From Eledone cirrhosa (Eukaryota), in the NCBI GenBank assembly GCA_964016885.1, contig OZ024742.1:355074001-355138000 (forward strand): 64,000 nucleotides of DNA. The letters are read 5' to 3'. This document shows, piece after piece, positions 41,733 through 55,811 of this stretch. Under the pieces are notes generated by a model that saw only the letters and a program-made list of their open reading frames with translations, made no database searches and was not told the origin of the DNA. A program made the translations under genes and the position numbers. Within the stretch, counting starts at the first letter, position 1. Each line of letters opens with the position of its first letter.

Positions 41733-44700
41733 TGTCAGGCCTCTCTCGAGTGCTACTAGTAACATGTAACCCAGTACAACCTGTAGCATGGTCGGGTCGT
41801 GGGCGACTAAACCGGCAACCCCATCAAGTTTACTTGATGAGGAGGGTGATTTTGTTCATCCTGCATTACAAAAAGAAAACCTGACAAAGGGCGGAAGAAC
41901 TCATAAGAGTCAACGGCCATCCAAAAATTGTGTAAATATGTATATAGTGTATATAGTGTATATGTGGTAGCCTTGGTCAGCAATCTGTCTAGGAGAGGGT
42001 CCACTCTGATTTAAAAGCCGGGGCGGACAGAGCGTCTTGACCTTGATGGCCAATCTGTCAAACCAATCATTACTGGGTTAAACGACAATATTGTTAAGCA
42101 GGATGACGGATCAGTGGATAAGGCAATGTTCAAGTAACTGTGAATTTGGTTCATACTACTAGTGGCAAAGCGATCATATCAATTATTGTTGGATGTTTCG
42201 GTGAGGCACAATCGCTCTAATACAGAATACTTATTTCACTTGTATGGAGTAGCGACCGCAAAAGTGTATATCCAGCTATTGAAAGCTAAATATGACAGAA
42301 ACCCTTCGATGTTCATCCCACAGCGCTCATCGCGCGGTTAAACAAGGAGCGCGTCCTGTAACGGATTCCCAGATTGCAGTCGAAAAATCAGATACTGGGA
42401 ACAATACACGGAGAAAAAAATGAACCCAACTTGTACACGGAAATAAATATATCTTTGCTGGTACACTCAATGTTCAAACACTCCAGAAAGACCATAAAAT
42501 CCCTGAACTGATTGCTTCAGCAGGGGCGACCAACCATGATGTTATCTGTCTTCAGGAGCACCGGTTCATACATGAAGATCTTGTAACAAAGGAGCAAATA
42601 TTTGGCAATTGGAGGCTCATAACCTACTCAGCTTTGAAAAACAGCATGAATGCAGCAAATTGTGGAGTTGGAATCCTTCTCAGCCCGCGAGCCTATGACG
42701 CACTTGCGAGTGTTGAAATGATAACATCAAGGATAATGATAGCTACATTTAACGGGAATCCTAAAACCACTGTAATCTCTTGCTATAGTCCAACAAATGT
42801 TTGTGCCCTGCCCGAAGTAGAGACGTTTAAAATGGAACTAACATCACTTACTAGACAAATCCCGAAACATAATGTTCTCATCATTGGCGGAGTCTTCAAC
42901 GCGCGTTTTGGACAGTTTGATGGATTCGAATTCTCATACCACTCACAAACCAATAGAAACGGTTGTATGCTAACAGATTACTTGTGTGAGAACAATTTAC
43001 GATGTCTCAACGCCATATTCCAAAAAAGACCAAGCAAGCGGTGGACACACAAATCTCCAAAAGGCGACAAGACACAACTGGATTATATCATAATCAATCG
43101 AAAATGGAAGAACAGCGCAAAAACCTGCAGAACATATGAGTCATTTCTTAATGTTGACCTGGATCATCGCATTGTCTGGGCCAAGATACGATTAAGTCTC
43201 CGTGTGGATAAACAAATAAAAATAAATCTGCAAATGCTACTCCGTACAACTGGGCAGTTCTGAATACCAACTCTGAGACTTACAAAACCTTTGTAACCGA
43301 ACTGAGCAACCGAGTTGATGCCCTACAAGACACTGCACCAACAAAATCGTTAAATTCTACATATAACCACTTTCAAATGTCATTCAACGAGGCAGCGGCC
43401 GACGCCATCCCTTTAAAATCCAAGGTTAAAAAACGAAAACCCTAGGAAACAAAGAGTATACGCCAAAAGCGCAAAGAGTTGCGAAAAGCTGCAGAATTGA
43501 AAGACACTCAACGATCTCCAGAAAACTTTACTAACATCAATGCTGCTTGTACAGCACTGAAACGTGAGTATGAAATTGAGCAAGCCGAATAAATGCAGAA
43601 AAAGATCAATCATATCTCGAGTACTGTCAGCAATAAGAGGTCTGCTGAAGCCTGGAAAACTGTCAATAAAATTAGTGGCAGAAAAAGTAGTGACAAACTG
43701 AAAGCTTCCAGCCAAGACGAACCTTTAAAACTGTGGCAACAACATTTTCAGAACCTACTTGGCAAAGCACCACATATCATCGAAGAATAAATAATACCCG
43801 TTTTTACAGAGGAACCCAAATACAGAAAGATCCTTTCACTATGGAGGAACTTCAGAAAGCTGTGAACAGTATTGGTAACAGAAAAGCGTGAGGACTCGAC
43901 GAGATCCCAGCTTAAGTGTGGAAGCTACCTGAATTTCCTCCAATCCTACTAGAGCTGTGTAATGGTGTCTATAATCAAGACCCCATAGAGAAATGGACTG
44001 AGGGATGTATACTCCCTTTTCCAAAAAAGTGAGATCTTGGAATGGATAAAAACTACTGTGGCATAACACTAATGGCAATTGCCGCAAAGTTATACAATCT
44101 CATGTTGCTTGACAGAATAAGACCTATCATTGACCCCTTGCGGAGAAAAAAACAAAATGGCTTCCGCACCAACAGATCAACGTCAGGGCAAATACTTACT
44201 ATTCGACGTATCTTGGAAGGCCTAAAAGCCCAAAACCGCCCAGTAACTCTCCTGTTTATTGACTTTTCAAAAGCATTCGATTGTATCCATCGTGGGAGGA
44301 TTAGAGAGATACTCCTAGCCTACGGCTTGACAAAGCAAACAGTAAATGCCATCATAATGTTATATAAAAACACCCGCGCAATGGTGCGCTCACCTGATGG
44401 AGATACCAAATTATTTGACATCATTGCAGGAGTACTCCAAAGGGGATACTCTTGCACCATATATTTTAATCATCTGCCTCGACTATGTATTGAGAAAAGC
44501 CCTGGACGAAAACTTAGAGCTTGGTTTCACTCTCACTAAGCGAAAGTGTAGTCGCCATGCAGCTCAGAAAATCACCGATGCTGACTATGGGGATGATGTA
44601 GCGGTCCTCCCTGACTACCTTGAGGATGCAACATCACTACTTCACAGCATCGAATCAGTTGCAAAGGAAATCGGACTCTATGTCAACGCAGGCAAAACAG

Positions 44701-45337
44701 AATATATTTGCCTGAACCAAGACACCTCAGTTGTTATGCGAAGTCTATACGGCGATATAATAAAGCAAATTGACGACTTCAAATACCTGGGTAGCTATAT
44801 CGGCTCCACAGAACACGATGTTAACATTAGACTGGCAAAAGCCTGGGGAGCATTGAATGCAATGGAAAAAATATCGAAATCAAACCTGCCGGCCAAACTA
44901 AAAAGTTATTTCTTCTGAGCTGCTCTGGAATCTGTTCTGGTTTAAGACTTTATCACTGGGACGCTAACATCAAAACTGGAGAAAAAGCTAGACGGCGCAT
45001 AAACACGTATGCTCCGTGCTGCTTTAAACGTATCTTGGAAGGAACACCCAACAAATAAGGATCTCCATGGCAATATACCACCTATCAGCAGGTCATACGT
45101 AAACAGAGACACAGATTTGCTGGCCACTGTTGTCGTCGCAAGGAAGAAATAGCAGGCGACGTATTGTTATGGAGTCCATCTCATGGAGCAAGAAATGCTG
45201 GTCGTTCCAAGAAGACATACGTCAAGCAACTTGAAGACGATAATGGCTGCACTGCGGAAGAACTGGCAAACGCTATGAGAGACATAGATGGATGGAGGAA
45301 ACCCGTCGTAGAAGGCCGAGCAAGCTCGACCAGATGA
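41731..45337 (+). mobile_element. Near full-length degenerate RTE/RTEX-type LINE (APE + RT) inserted in (TA)n
   Basis: APE motifs TLNV, ICLQEHR, VISCYSPT and QLDYII; RT motifs QNGFR, FIDFSKAFD, GDTLAP, DYGDD and FKYLGS; several stops and frameshifts. Confidence 0.9.
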
Positions 45338-45352
45338 TATATATATATATAT

Positions 45353-47240
45353 ATTAAGAGAGTAAAACAATGAAGCCTTGAATACATCAAAAGTCTTTAT
45401 TAGCCGACAATGTTTCGTCCTATTAAGGACTCATCAGGGCAATTAAAACAACAAGAAGTATTATCGGCAGATACAAGCCGGAAGCTCCGAAGAATATGGA
45501 GTGTACATACACTAAAGTATTGCAAGATTATGGATAAAAATATATAATAAAAATAAAAATATGTCATAAAAATTACTAAGGATGTATATAACATTAAGAA
45601 CCATATTACAAATATAATCCAAAGCAAAAAAACTAGTGCTAAACAAAGGTGGTTATATAGAGCAGGAATTATATATAATACAATGTAATATAATATAATA
45701 TACCTATACCAATATTAAAATTACAATAAAAATCAAAAGGTACAACATGCATATGTATATATGTACGCACACGTACACACACATACACATACAACAATAC
45801 ACATATCCATCTTCAACCTCACAAATTAAACATTATTAAGAGTTTGAATATAAAAATAAGCAGGATAGGAATGAAAATAATAATAATAATAATATTAATA
45901 CATCTACCCAATATACATGAGGTAATAATATGATACAATTATAAGTAGCACATATAATAAATAATAAACAATACAATTATATACTATATAATATAATATA
46001 ATAGAATAGATAATCTCCGGTTAATTTACACAAACAATATAGATGTCACAATAATACTAGAATAATAGTATACTAACATTTATAATATACAATATACTAA
46101 CATTTATAATATACAATATATAATGGTACTCAAGTTAACAAATCAATTCATATTGGGTTACAGAGTAGGTGAGGAAAAATAAACTGTACAATACCCAAAA
46201 ATTATGATGGTACAAAAAAATACAAACATCTTACATGATATATAAAGTTTAACATATCATAATGTTACATACAATTAACGGTAAGTAATAAGGATCAATA
46301 TTACAATAAAAAATACAATATAATATAATATATTATATAAAATAATTAAGATAATATAATATATAATTACTTATAATTACAAGGTTGGTGAACAGATATG
46401 CATGTGGATGAGTGAGTAAGGGCCAGACAGTAAATATAATGCACAGTAGTATTACAAATAAAATATAAAATATAAAATATAGAATAAAATAAATAAATAG
46501 AATCAACCGGAAATTACAAAACAAAAACAAACGTATACATTTAGGTCTCACATGCAGTTAAGTAAAAACTAAGGAAACAACCCCTGTAAATGACTCGAAA
46601 ACCCTATTTTATAAATTAATATTAAAAATATTTAAAATATCCAATAAGGCAATATAATATTAGCTATAGTTTAAGTAATTAAAGTTTATAAACGTTAATA
46701 TTTCGTTACAAATATTTACAAAAAGGAATGAAATTGTTTACTATCATATACATAACGATATCTAAAAAACTGACTTAAGCAGAAATAAGGTAGGCTAATA
46801 GGGACAGAAATGAAGAAATATATGGAGGATACAAAGGGGCATAAAATCATAGTCGATATACTATATTAAATAATAGAAAGGAGCGTAAAGGAGGTGGGGT
46901 TTAAATATAATCATAGTCAATTTGGAGGGGTTGACAATAAGTTTATGTGCGCATGGGGGGAAGGGGGGTTCTCCAAAGAAGAATCCGAATAAAAATAAAA
47001 ATAAACATAAAAATAAAAATAAAAATAAAAATAAAAATAAAAATAAAAATAAAAATAAAAATGAAATAAAAATAAAAATAAAAATAAAATAAAATAAAAT
47101 AAAATAGCGTAAAATATATAATCTTATATATATTCATAAGGTGTTAATAGTGAACATTTAATGCGTAAGAAGATAGATATGGTACAGTAGCCAAAAGATT
47201 ATGTTTAACTCCAACACGCTCCAGTATTTTAACCCTTATA
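45353..47240 (-). mobile_element. PLE family-3 pseudo-LTR with a 40-bp inverted tail arm
   Basis: 45353-47202 is colinear with 58993-60776. 47201-47240 is the reverse complement of 58881-58920. Confidence 0.85.
45399..45445 (-). ncRNA. Type I hammerhead, canonical core, GUC triplet
   Basis: gcc-CTGATGA-gtcc ttaata ggac-GAAA-catt-GTC-ggc, then AATAAA. Confidence 0.9.
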
Positions 47241-47258
47241 TATATATATATATATATG

Positions 47259-47352
<94 letters not shown>

Positions 47353-47354
47353 AA

Positions 47355-47448
47355 CCTACGGCAGGTTTCCTCCATCCATCTATGTCTCTCATAGCCTTTC
47401 CCAGTTCTTCCGCAGTGCAGCCAGTATCGTCTTCAAGTTGTTTGAAGA

Positions 47449-47450
<2 letters not shown>
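47355..47450 (-). repeat. Inverted fragment of the RTE LINE 3' end
   Basis: Reverse complement of ~45225-45315, embedded in (TA)n. Confidence 0.85.
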
Positions 47451-47494
<44 letters not shown>

Positions 47495-47566
47495 GGTGTT
47501 GGATGGTTAAAGCGTCCGTATGCGGTAGGCCGTCTGAGCTCTCGATGCTCTCATAGAGCAGTGTAT

Positions 47567-48509
47567 GATATGACAGAAAAAAAGGGAATCAGTGTTGCGA
47601 CGAATGGATGTACTACAATTGTATGTACTACAATTGTTTCTCTGGCGACCAGCTTGAGGCATGCCCGATGTGGTGATCGAACCTGTCTCTGAAAATCGCA
47701 AGGTCCTCAGATACGTCTTGATTCTACAGTGCAAATTTTCCTAATGTAGTTTTACATCGATATTCTTCGCCTGTCGGCTTAGATCCTGTTGTTGTCATTC
47801 TATGAGTGGCTAAGACTTGTGCAAGTCATCGATATTTCTAGCCACTAATGGTTGTCCACTAATGGTTGTCCACTATTTAGTTCTTTTCATTCTCCACCTG
47901 CCAATCAACGTTCTTTGTACATAGTTTTTTTTTCTTTTTCAAATATGTATGTTTTAAGGTATTCTGAGGCAGTGTTCTTGAAACGTTATGATAAATATTT
48001 TTCTAATTTGTTTAAACAATTCCCTCCTAGCATTATTTACGGTCATTGTCGCATAGAATACAGTTGCGGGTGAGTACGTGATAGGTGTGGGCGAGGGCTC
48101 CTACAGACATGGAAGACGCTGACAGGCCGACAGCAGTTCAAGCTTACAACCCCTTACCTTCTACAGTAGTAATTCCGATCTAAGAAACAACTTTGATTGA
48201 CAGGTTGAGAATGAAAAGAACCAAACAGCGGACAACCATCAGTGGCTAGAAATATCGATGACGTCTACAATTCTTGGCCACTCATAGAATGACAACAGCA
48301 GGACCTAAGCCGACAGGCGAAGGATATCGATTTAAAAGTACATTTGGAAAATCTGCTTCGTAGAATCAAGACGTATCTGATGACCTTGCGATTTTCAGAG
48401 TCAGGTTCGATCATAACATCGATCGTGACACGAGCTGGTCGTCAGAGAAATGATTGTAATTTGTCCAATAAATTCCATTCGTCGCAACACTGATTCTCTT
48501 TTTTCTGTG

Positions 48510-48512
<3 letters not shown>
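47567..48512. mobile_element. Fold-back element (arms ~340 bp) carrying long-stem-II hammerheads
   Basis: 47567-47915 is inverted relative to 48185-48512. Confidence 0.85.
48370..48465 (+). ncRNA. Hammerhead with 63-nt stem II (mirror copy ~47622-47717, minus strand)
   Basis: gacgtat-CTGATGA-long hairpin-GAAA-tgattg-TA-atttgtc, then AATAAA. Confidence 0.6.
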
Positions 48513-48543
<31 letters not shown>

Positions 48544-50129
48544 GCATAATATATGCAGACAGATGGTGCAGTGCACCTTACTGCTGCATTCATGCGGCCG
48601 AAACTCGAGCCCGGGAACTATTACTGGCACCCGTTTTGCGTGTGTTGTATTGAAGCGAATAACTATGTGTATACTCTGGGAATGTATCTTACATTGCCCA
48701 TGGAGTACACTGAGATACAACCGGTCGTGTCATTGATAAATATGCTGGGTCGGTCAACTCCTTATTATTATTATTTCCCAACTGGCGGACTATTGAGAGT
48801 CAGTTAAACAATGTTTCACTATTTTGTTGTGTTTTTCTTTTGATATGCACTCTTTTTTCCTGCCATTAATTTTATCTCACTCTTTTAAGTTGTGAAATAG
48901 ACTGTTTCTCTACGCATGCGGCTGACACATATCAGATCGCTACTATATTGCTCTATAATGGATAATCGCATTTAAAGTCCGTTAAAGGTTGTTGGCATTA
49001 CCATTGTTACTATCGCTTTCTTCGAGCCACGGGACTGGGAGACATGAGCCGAATGCTATCATTCTATTATACATCGATGTAGACTTCTATTGCTAATAGC
49101 CACCTTTTCACCTGTTAATAAGTTGTGTGCGAGACCTTGGCGGAGTGCTTTTGACGGGAACGAAAAATTGGTTCTCTAATCTCCGGCCACCACGTAAAAT
49201 GTGTAAATTGGTGGCTAGTTGAGAGATAGAGTCTTATCGGGTGCCAGTTGCTAATCGCTTTACCGTGTCGGTTGTCACAAACAGTCATCACCGGCATGGG
49301 CTGGTGTTTGGATTATGTCGATCGATTTGTTATTGATTAGGCGATACCCGCTGATGAAGCCACATAAGCCAATTGAGTGTGTCTGGGTGTGTATTTATGT
49401 GTATGTGTGTGAATCTGTGCTGATTGTGTTTGTGTGTGTTGTATACTCATTTGTACATCTCTAGTTTCCTGTGGTGTAGTAAATTGCATGTGTCTCTTAG
49501 ATTTACTCCGAACTAGACGCCCGTGTATATAACAATTAATATCTCAACTCATTAAATAAAATACTTACAACTATTATAATGTAAAACACTAATCATATAA
49601 AGGTTCTCATTACATAGAAAGAGCCGAACATTATCAAATACTCATGAAATAAAATATAAATGAAGATTCATGCACACATAACATGCTCGTCCCTTAAATA
49701 CATTTTAAAATATGTTTTCGAATTTGCTGTGGAAATATCTTATCGAAACGTTCTTACGAAATAAGCTTAAAAAAAACAAAAAATATGTTAAGCATTAAGC
49801 TATGCAGACACACACATATTCGTATATGTGGGTATATGCACATTACATCGACATACAACTGTAACTACATAGTAAAACTATATTCTGTGTATGCCGATCA
49901 ATTAGTAAAACTGTATTCTGTGAATGCGGATCAATTACTAAGTGAAATACTAAATAAAATGAAATATTGCAATCAATGAACGCGGTACCATCTCTCATGA
50001 TCATATAAAGGAATTGTGCGTTAAATATGATAAAAAAAACTTATCTACGCTGCACATTTGAATTGAGTTGCCATGGACTTATATATATATCTCCTATTAT
50101 TATTCTCCACCCTCTTATTTTTTAGAGGG

Positions 50130-50310
50130 TCATGGAGTCACAAGCATCAAAGACGCCTTCAAGTGGGTCATGTCAAAAGCAACAATTTCCTGCTGATTCT
50201 GCTGGATGCCCAAGCAAGGTAAGCCAAGCTCAGTTCATTTTGCCCGTAAAATCTGTGCAGTGATTCTTTCCTGAGACATTCTAAACCCATGCCCATGAAG
50301 TTAATCCAAA
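50130..50310 (-). pseudogene. RTE-type LINE 3' remnant
   Basis: Minus strand reads HGHGFRMSQERITAQIL...VAFDMTHL. Confidence 0.45.
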
Positions 50311-51926
50311 GACACTTCGAAGGAACCCCATTTCGGCCGCTTATATTTCGGAAAATTATTTCGATGTATTTATATATTACAATACTCTAAATATCAAACT
50401 ATCTTGCCTAGTTTGTTTGAAATATAGGAGATACACGATTCTGTCTCCTATTACATGAACACTCTTTTTCTTGAGAATATTCCTTGAAAAGTAATGGAAG
50501 AATGGGATAAGATATTGAATGGAAATGGAAAAAGTAAGAATATGGAATTTTATATTATAATATTTAAGATTACCGGACAATAGCAAAAAATACAACATAT
50601 ATTTTCATACAATGTAGCATACGCATGCTTAGATAAGCATATATCATTCTTACTGATTGCAATTGTATTCAGAGTATATTATGTTGGTATTAGATTCGTA
50701 TGCAATGTTTCAATCATATGATAAGCAGTTATTCTCTTTTTGTTTCACTTTGCCAAACAGAGAGTAATGTCGAAACTACTGACAGCTTATATTCTAAACC
50801 AATTTGTAAGAAATATTCAATTGATATAATACAACTTCCATTTGATGGAACTACTATTTTAGCGTAGCATCGAAATATAGTAAATGCGTTAAATCATTTT
50901 GATACTTGGTCAACTATGCATCACTATATATATACACAATTTCAGAAAGACTAGGAGGAAATACTAAAATGGAAGTGTTTAAAAAATACGCATTATGCAT
51001 AGCACGGTAAATCGTCAAGTTCCTATCACTTATTCCGGGAATCTGGTTTGTGAGTTGGGGATGGATACAGAAATATTGTTTTGGTAGCGAGTAAATTTGG
51101 AGATAATACGATGTGCATAGGTTACATATATAACAGATGGGGAATTTGCTTATATTGTAAACTCTGTTAAGGCTACATTTTCCACTCGTTGTAGATAACA
51201 TCCTGAAACTGTAGCGTCCTTATTAACTGAGGGACTTGGAATTCTGGACTTTGGGTTTGTGAACTAAAATAATATTACATTTCAAGAGTTAAAATTGGTG
51301 GACATCCGATAAATTAGCTGACCCGAAGTTTAGCAGAATGTGATGTCATGTAGTTGCGAGAAATGACGAATATATCTTTGATCAATAAATGTTGAAATGT
51401 TAAAATGATTATTTTGGGGGAAGATAATATAATCCTCGGTGGTGGTGATAGTGTGGGGGGGGGGGGGGGTGTCATATCTAGTATGATGGCTGTGACGTGA
51501 ATGTTTCTAACGCCAGTATATCGTATTATGGAAGGAAAACTGTGTAGACAATTCACGATGGAGACTATTTCGATATCTCTATCATCTGTTTGTGAGTAAT
51601 GACGAATTGAACTGTATTGGTAGTGTTTCATAATACAATAATTATAGATAATAATTATTCTCAGGAAAGAAAGGATCGCTGAATACTAATAATATATAAT
51701 GGGTACGTGCTAGCTAACGCAATATTAGTTGTGGCATAGAATTCTCTCCTTGATTAATTACAGTAATGGTTTCTTAGTTAATTGAATAATTCATCTCCGT
51801 ATTCAGTCACAGGGGTGTTTCATTCCTTTACAATTATACAATTAATCATCACAAGAACTATATTGACTTCAGCTTTTTAATATGGTATCATTCGTGATGG
51901 AATTCCTTGATTAAAATGAATCGTAT

Positions 51927-52600
51927 TATTTCTATCAGATGGGACAATGGCACGGCAGTATTGGTAGGGCATCGGACAGTATTATTTGTGTCATATAGAT
52001 ACGACCCTTCACGTTCTGAGTTCATATACTGTCGAGGTTGGCCTTGCCTTTAATACTTGTGTGGTCTATAAAATAAAGCACCAGTAATGCGCTGGGGTCG
52101 ATTTAATCGACTTTTCCCTCCCCTTCAAATTGCTAGCTTTGTTTCTAAAGTGGAAACAATTATTTCTATCAGATAGTTCAATGGATTGGAAGTATTGGTA
52201 AAGCGTCGGACATTATATTATGTGGCATATAGGTACGGCCCTTTACAATCTGATTTCAAATCTCCACGAGATTAGCTTTACCGTTTATTTTTATGAGCTC
52301 AGTAAAATCAACGTTCCCCTCCACCAAAATATTTGGCCTTGTGCCTAAATCAGAAACCATTTCTATCAGATACAACAGTGGATTGGTTGTTTCAGTAGAG
52401 CATCGCACATTCTGCTTTGTGGTATATAGACACTTTCCTTTACATAATGAGTTTAAATCCCGCCGATGTTAGCTTTGCCTTTGACTTTTACGGGGTGGAT
52501 AAAATACAGTTCCATTAACCGAGTGATATCGATTTAATCAACTTTACCCCTCTCCCCAATTTGTTGATCTTGCACATACACCAGAACCCATTATTTCCTC
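51927..52600 (+). mobile_element. Head-to-tail trimer of tRNA-derived SINEs
   Basis: Units start at ~51927, 52161 and 52359, each with atttctatcagat. Confidence 0.75.
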
Positions 52601-55517
52601 CGGTTTTTTACGTTCTGAGTTCCACTCCTGCCTCTCATCAATCTGGGAGCAGTAAAGTAATATGGCAAGTAGAGGGGTCAATATTATCAACTTTTCCTTG
52701 ATTTGTGTGATTGTGCTGTTACAACATCAGACATGTTTCCCAGTGTCTATTTACTGATTGTTTTGCTCTGAGTTCAGATACTGCTTCGGAAATATTTGTT
52801 GTTTATTTGTAAGAGGACGATACATTAATGTACTAGTGTTAATTTAGTTACGGATCTCTTCAAAATATACCCCTCCATGTGTTTGTATTTGAAACAATTA
52901 TAGGTGCAGTTGTGATTGTATTTAAAGATTTAGCTTTGTGATGTATATATCAATAATTGTATTTAATATTCATTACATTATTTAATTCAATTACAAAAAA
53001 ATCCTTCACACTTTTCTAAAGCTTCATCACACATATGTCAGCGAAATGATGATATATTTGGCCGTAAACAAAGACAGGTGAATCACACACACATACACAC
53101 ACACACACGAATAAGGGATGAACCAGATTTTTTATTGGACATGTAAGTTGTACATCATCCGAGACAAAGCAAATGCATGTCACCTGATCCTGCATTAAAT
53201 ACATAAATATTATTTCAACCTGTATTTGATGTACTTCCTGACAAAATAGTATGATATTCACCTACACTATTTCCTGGGGAAAATTAAGAAAACTAAAACT
53301 GTTTTGGAAAGATAAATCTGATAGCATTGGTCATGATCTACTGATCCGTATGCCAAGGTTCATTCTTATTGTCCAACTGACATTTTGGAGAGTTATATGT
53401 CAATTCTGAGATATCGAGATATAATCTGCGCTATATTATGATAATGTAGACTCGTACATCTTACAATTGATTATAAAAAAACAAACATTTGTTCTTTTAG
53501 TTTCGTTTAATTTGTTTTAACAACGTACACAATTTTATCCATAAAATTGTTGTAGTCAACATATATCCCCAATAATGGATTGCTTCTGTTTTATTTTTAA
53601 AAAAATGCCAGTTGTGCATGAAATTGTCTGTCACTATATTACTGAAAGACATTTATCTTCTCTCTTCTTAATTTAGAATCTGTCATTGTTGACTGTTCTG
53701 ACAGGATTAAATATATGTTGTTAATATTTACTCCTTAACATTTTCCAAAATTTGAATTACATTTATAAAGCTTCAATTATTTTCTGTGGGTGATTTAAAA
53801 ACAGCATACGGGAGAAGTTGACCTGAAGGAAGTAACAGTCAGGCTTTCTTGAGATTACATCTTGTCAACTTGAAGCATAAACTTGAAATAAGATGTGCAA
53901 TGCCCGAGAGAATCATTGGATAAGACAAGATGGAACACATTTAATCATCTCTATATGTCAAAATGCATTTTAATTTGCATAATAATTATTTCTTCTTAAT
54001 AAATTTAATAATTATTTTGATACATAGTTGATAACTAGTTCATTCAAATATACTGAATCTGTCTAAATTAACATAAGTTTGATTTTCTTTTATTTACTTT
54101 TATTTTGATCAATTCAGACCAATTTATGGCAGAACAAACTTATTGATCAGAATGACTGTAATGAGTGTTGGTCTTCTTTTTCTGTTTTCATTCAGACTGA
54201 ATTGAAATGAATTAATTAAAATTGATTAAATAAATACTTATGGCAGAGTTACTATAACACACTTCATCCCTAAAGTCATCGTCTTCAGATGCCTTCATTT
54301 ACATGATTCCACTACACACCTCATACGCGACACTCTCAATAAAATTTTGGAACAATATACATACACTCCGAATACAACTGATTTAGGTCTCATCTCCAAT
54401 TATTAACCTCCACTAGCTGCTAAATATTCTTTATGATCATACTGTGACTGTGTGTACAGACGGTGCTCCACATTGTACCATATTTTATTAACTCTAGCTT
54501 TTCACAGAATTAGGTTTTGTTAACAACAATCCTCCTAGTATAAATCAATGATTTACTTTACATACAACTCCATTTCTTACGCAGATTATGCTCAGCATTA
54601 GTCTTCTTTACCTTCTTTAACCACGATTCACCCATATACAATCCTGATATTTCACCCAAAACATGCTCTTTGTTTACGAACAGTGTTCTTGAGCAGATTC
54701 AATGGATCCAATGAGAACATGGCAATCTCAACGTTTTGAACATCAAAGGATCACAGATAATGCTTATACCAGAAAACAATATTCCAGCTACCCACAAGTA
54801 CATGCATGAAAGCAGCACGTAAAATGCCATTCTTCAAACTTATTCCAAAGCCTATGCTTATAATGCACTGATGGAATTTGATTGTGAACCATCACTAGGA
54901 GTGAATGTCAAAGTATCGACTTTCATTCTTTAGCCTTGACATATTTGTTATTCCGGAGACATTATTATTCAGTGAAATATAATAAATGGAGAAAGACTCA
55001 TCCGTTTTGTAAGGTCAAGCATATCCTTGTCGAACTGGCAAAACGAAATTGATTAATAGAAAACATGATGAAATATATCTTCAATGGAACACTCAGTTTA
55101 CGCCATTTACTATCACATATGAAATTATTCAAATTTACTCGTTAATATTAGCTAATCAATGCACGGGGAACATATATTGCAATGTACAAAATATATCTAA
55201 TTGGGTTTCATGCACTATCACAGTCATAGATTGGTTACAACATGAATATATAATAATGAGAACTAGCAAACTTTGGAAATATCATAAACATATCTGAATA
55301 TATTAACAAGCTGTAAGCTAGGCAGTTTATAATGTGTTATTAATTTAAGATATTTTGAAATATATATTGGAAACACAGTATTTTATTTTATTTTATTCCA
55401 TTGTACAAGCAATGCAGCAGCTACGAAAATGATCGACAGTGATAAAGTAAATAACACGAATATTATTCTTTTTAAACATTCAGAAATATGATAGAAAAAT
55501 CCAAACTCCTATGTACG

Positions 55518-55811
55518 CAGGGACGGATTTAATGCGGGGTAAAAGGGGAAATTGCCTCGGGCCTCCTGCAGTGAAACAAGCAATGGTTGTAGCAATGTAT
55601 TCGTGCCCTCATCTAGACGTTTTAGCTTTAGTGGGTAGAACTTTTAAATTTAATACCTCTATGTATAACTTTTAAATTCCAATTATTTGCGCCAACATAT
55701 GCTCTGCAAAATGGGGGATTGGGTGGGGTTGTGTATTATAGATTTTTCGTGTATTAAGGGCTCCCCACACCCGAAGTGCCTTCGACCCCGCAAGATCTAA
55801 GTCCAACCCTG
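55518..55811. mobile_element. hAT-type MITE
   Basis: Terminal inverted repeats cagggacggattta / taagtccaaccctg; imperfect 8-bp target-site duplication tatgtacg/catgtaag. Confidence 0.65.

Noticed and set aside
49351-49375. CTGATGAAGCC motif
   Set aside because: No downstream GAAA or closing stems.
50126-50218. Apparent 93-nt exon (polypyrimidine-AG ... AAG/GTAAGC, open frame)
   Set aside because: The opposite strand reads as an RTE LINE C-terminal remnant, and no partner exons were seen. Exonisation cannot be excluded without RNA data.
54250-54293. Minus-strand CTGAAGA...gaagtgtgtt
   Set aside because: Stem II and GAAA are too degenerate to support a call.
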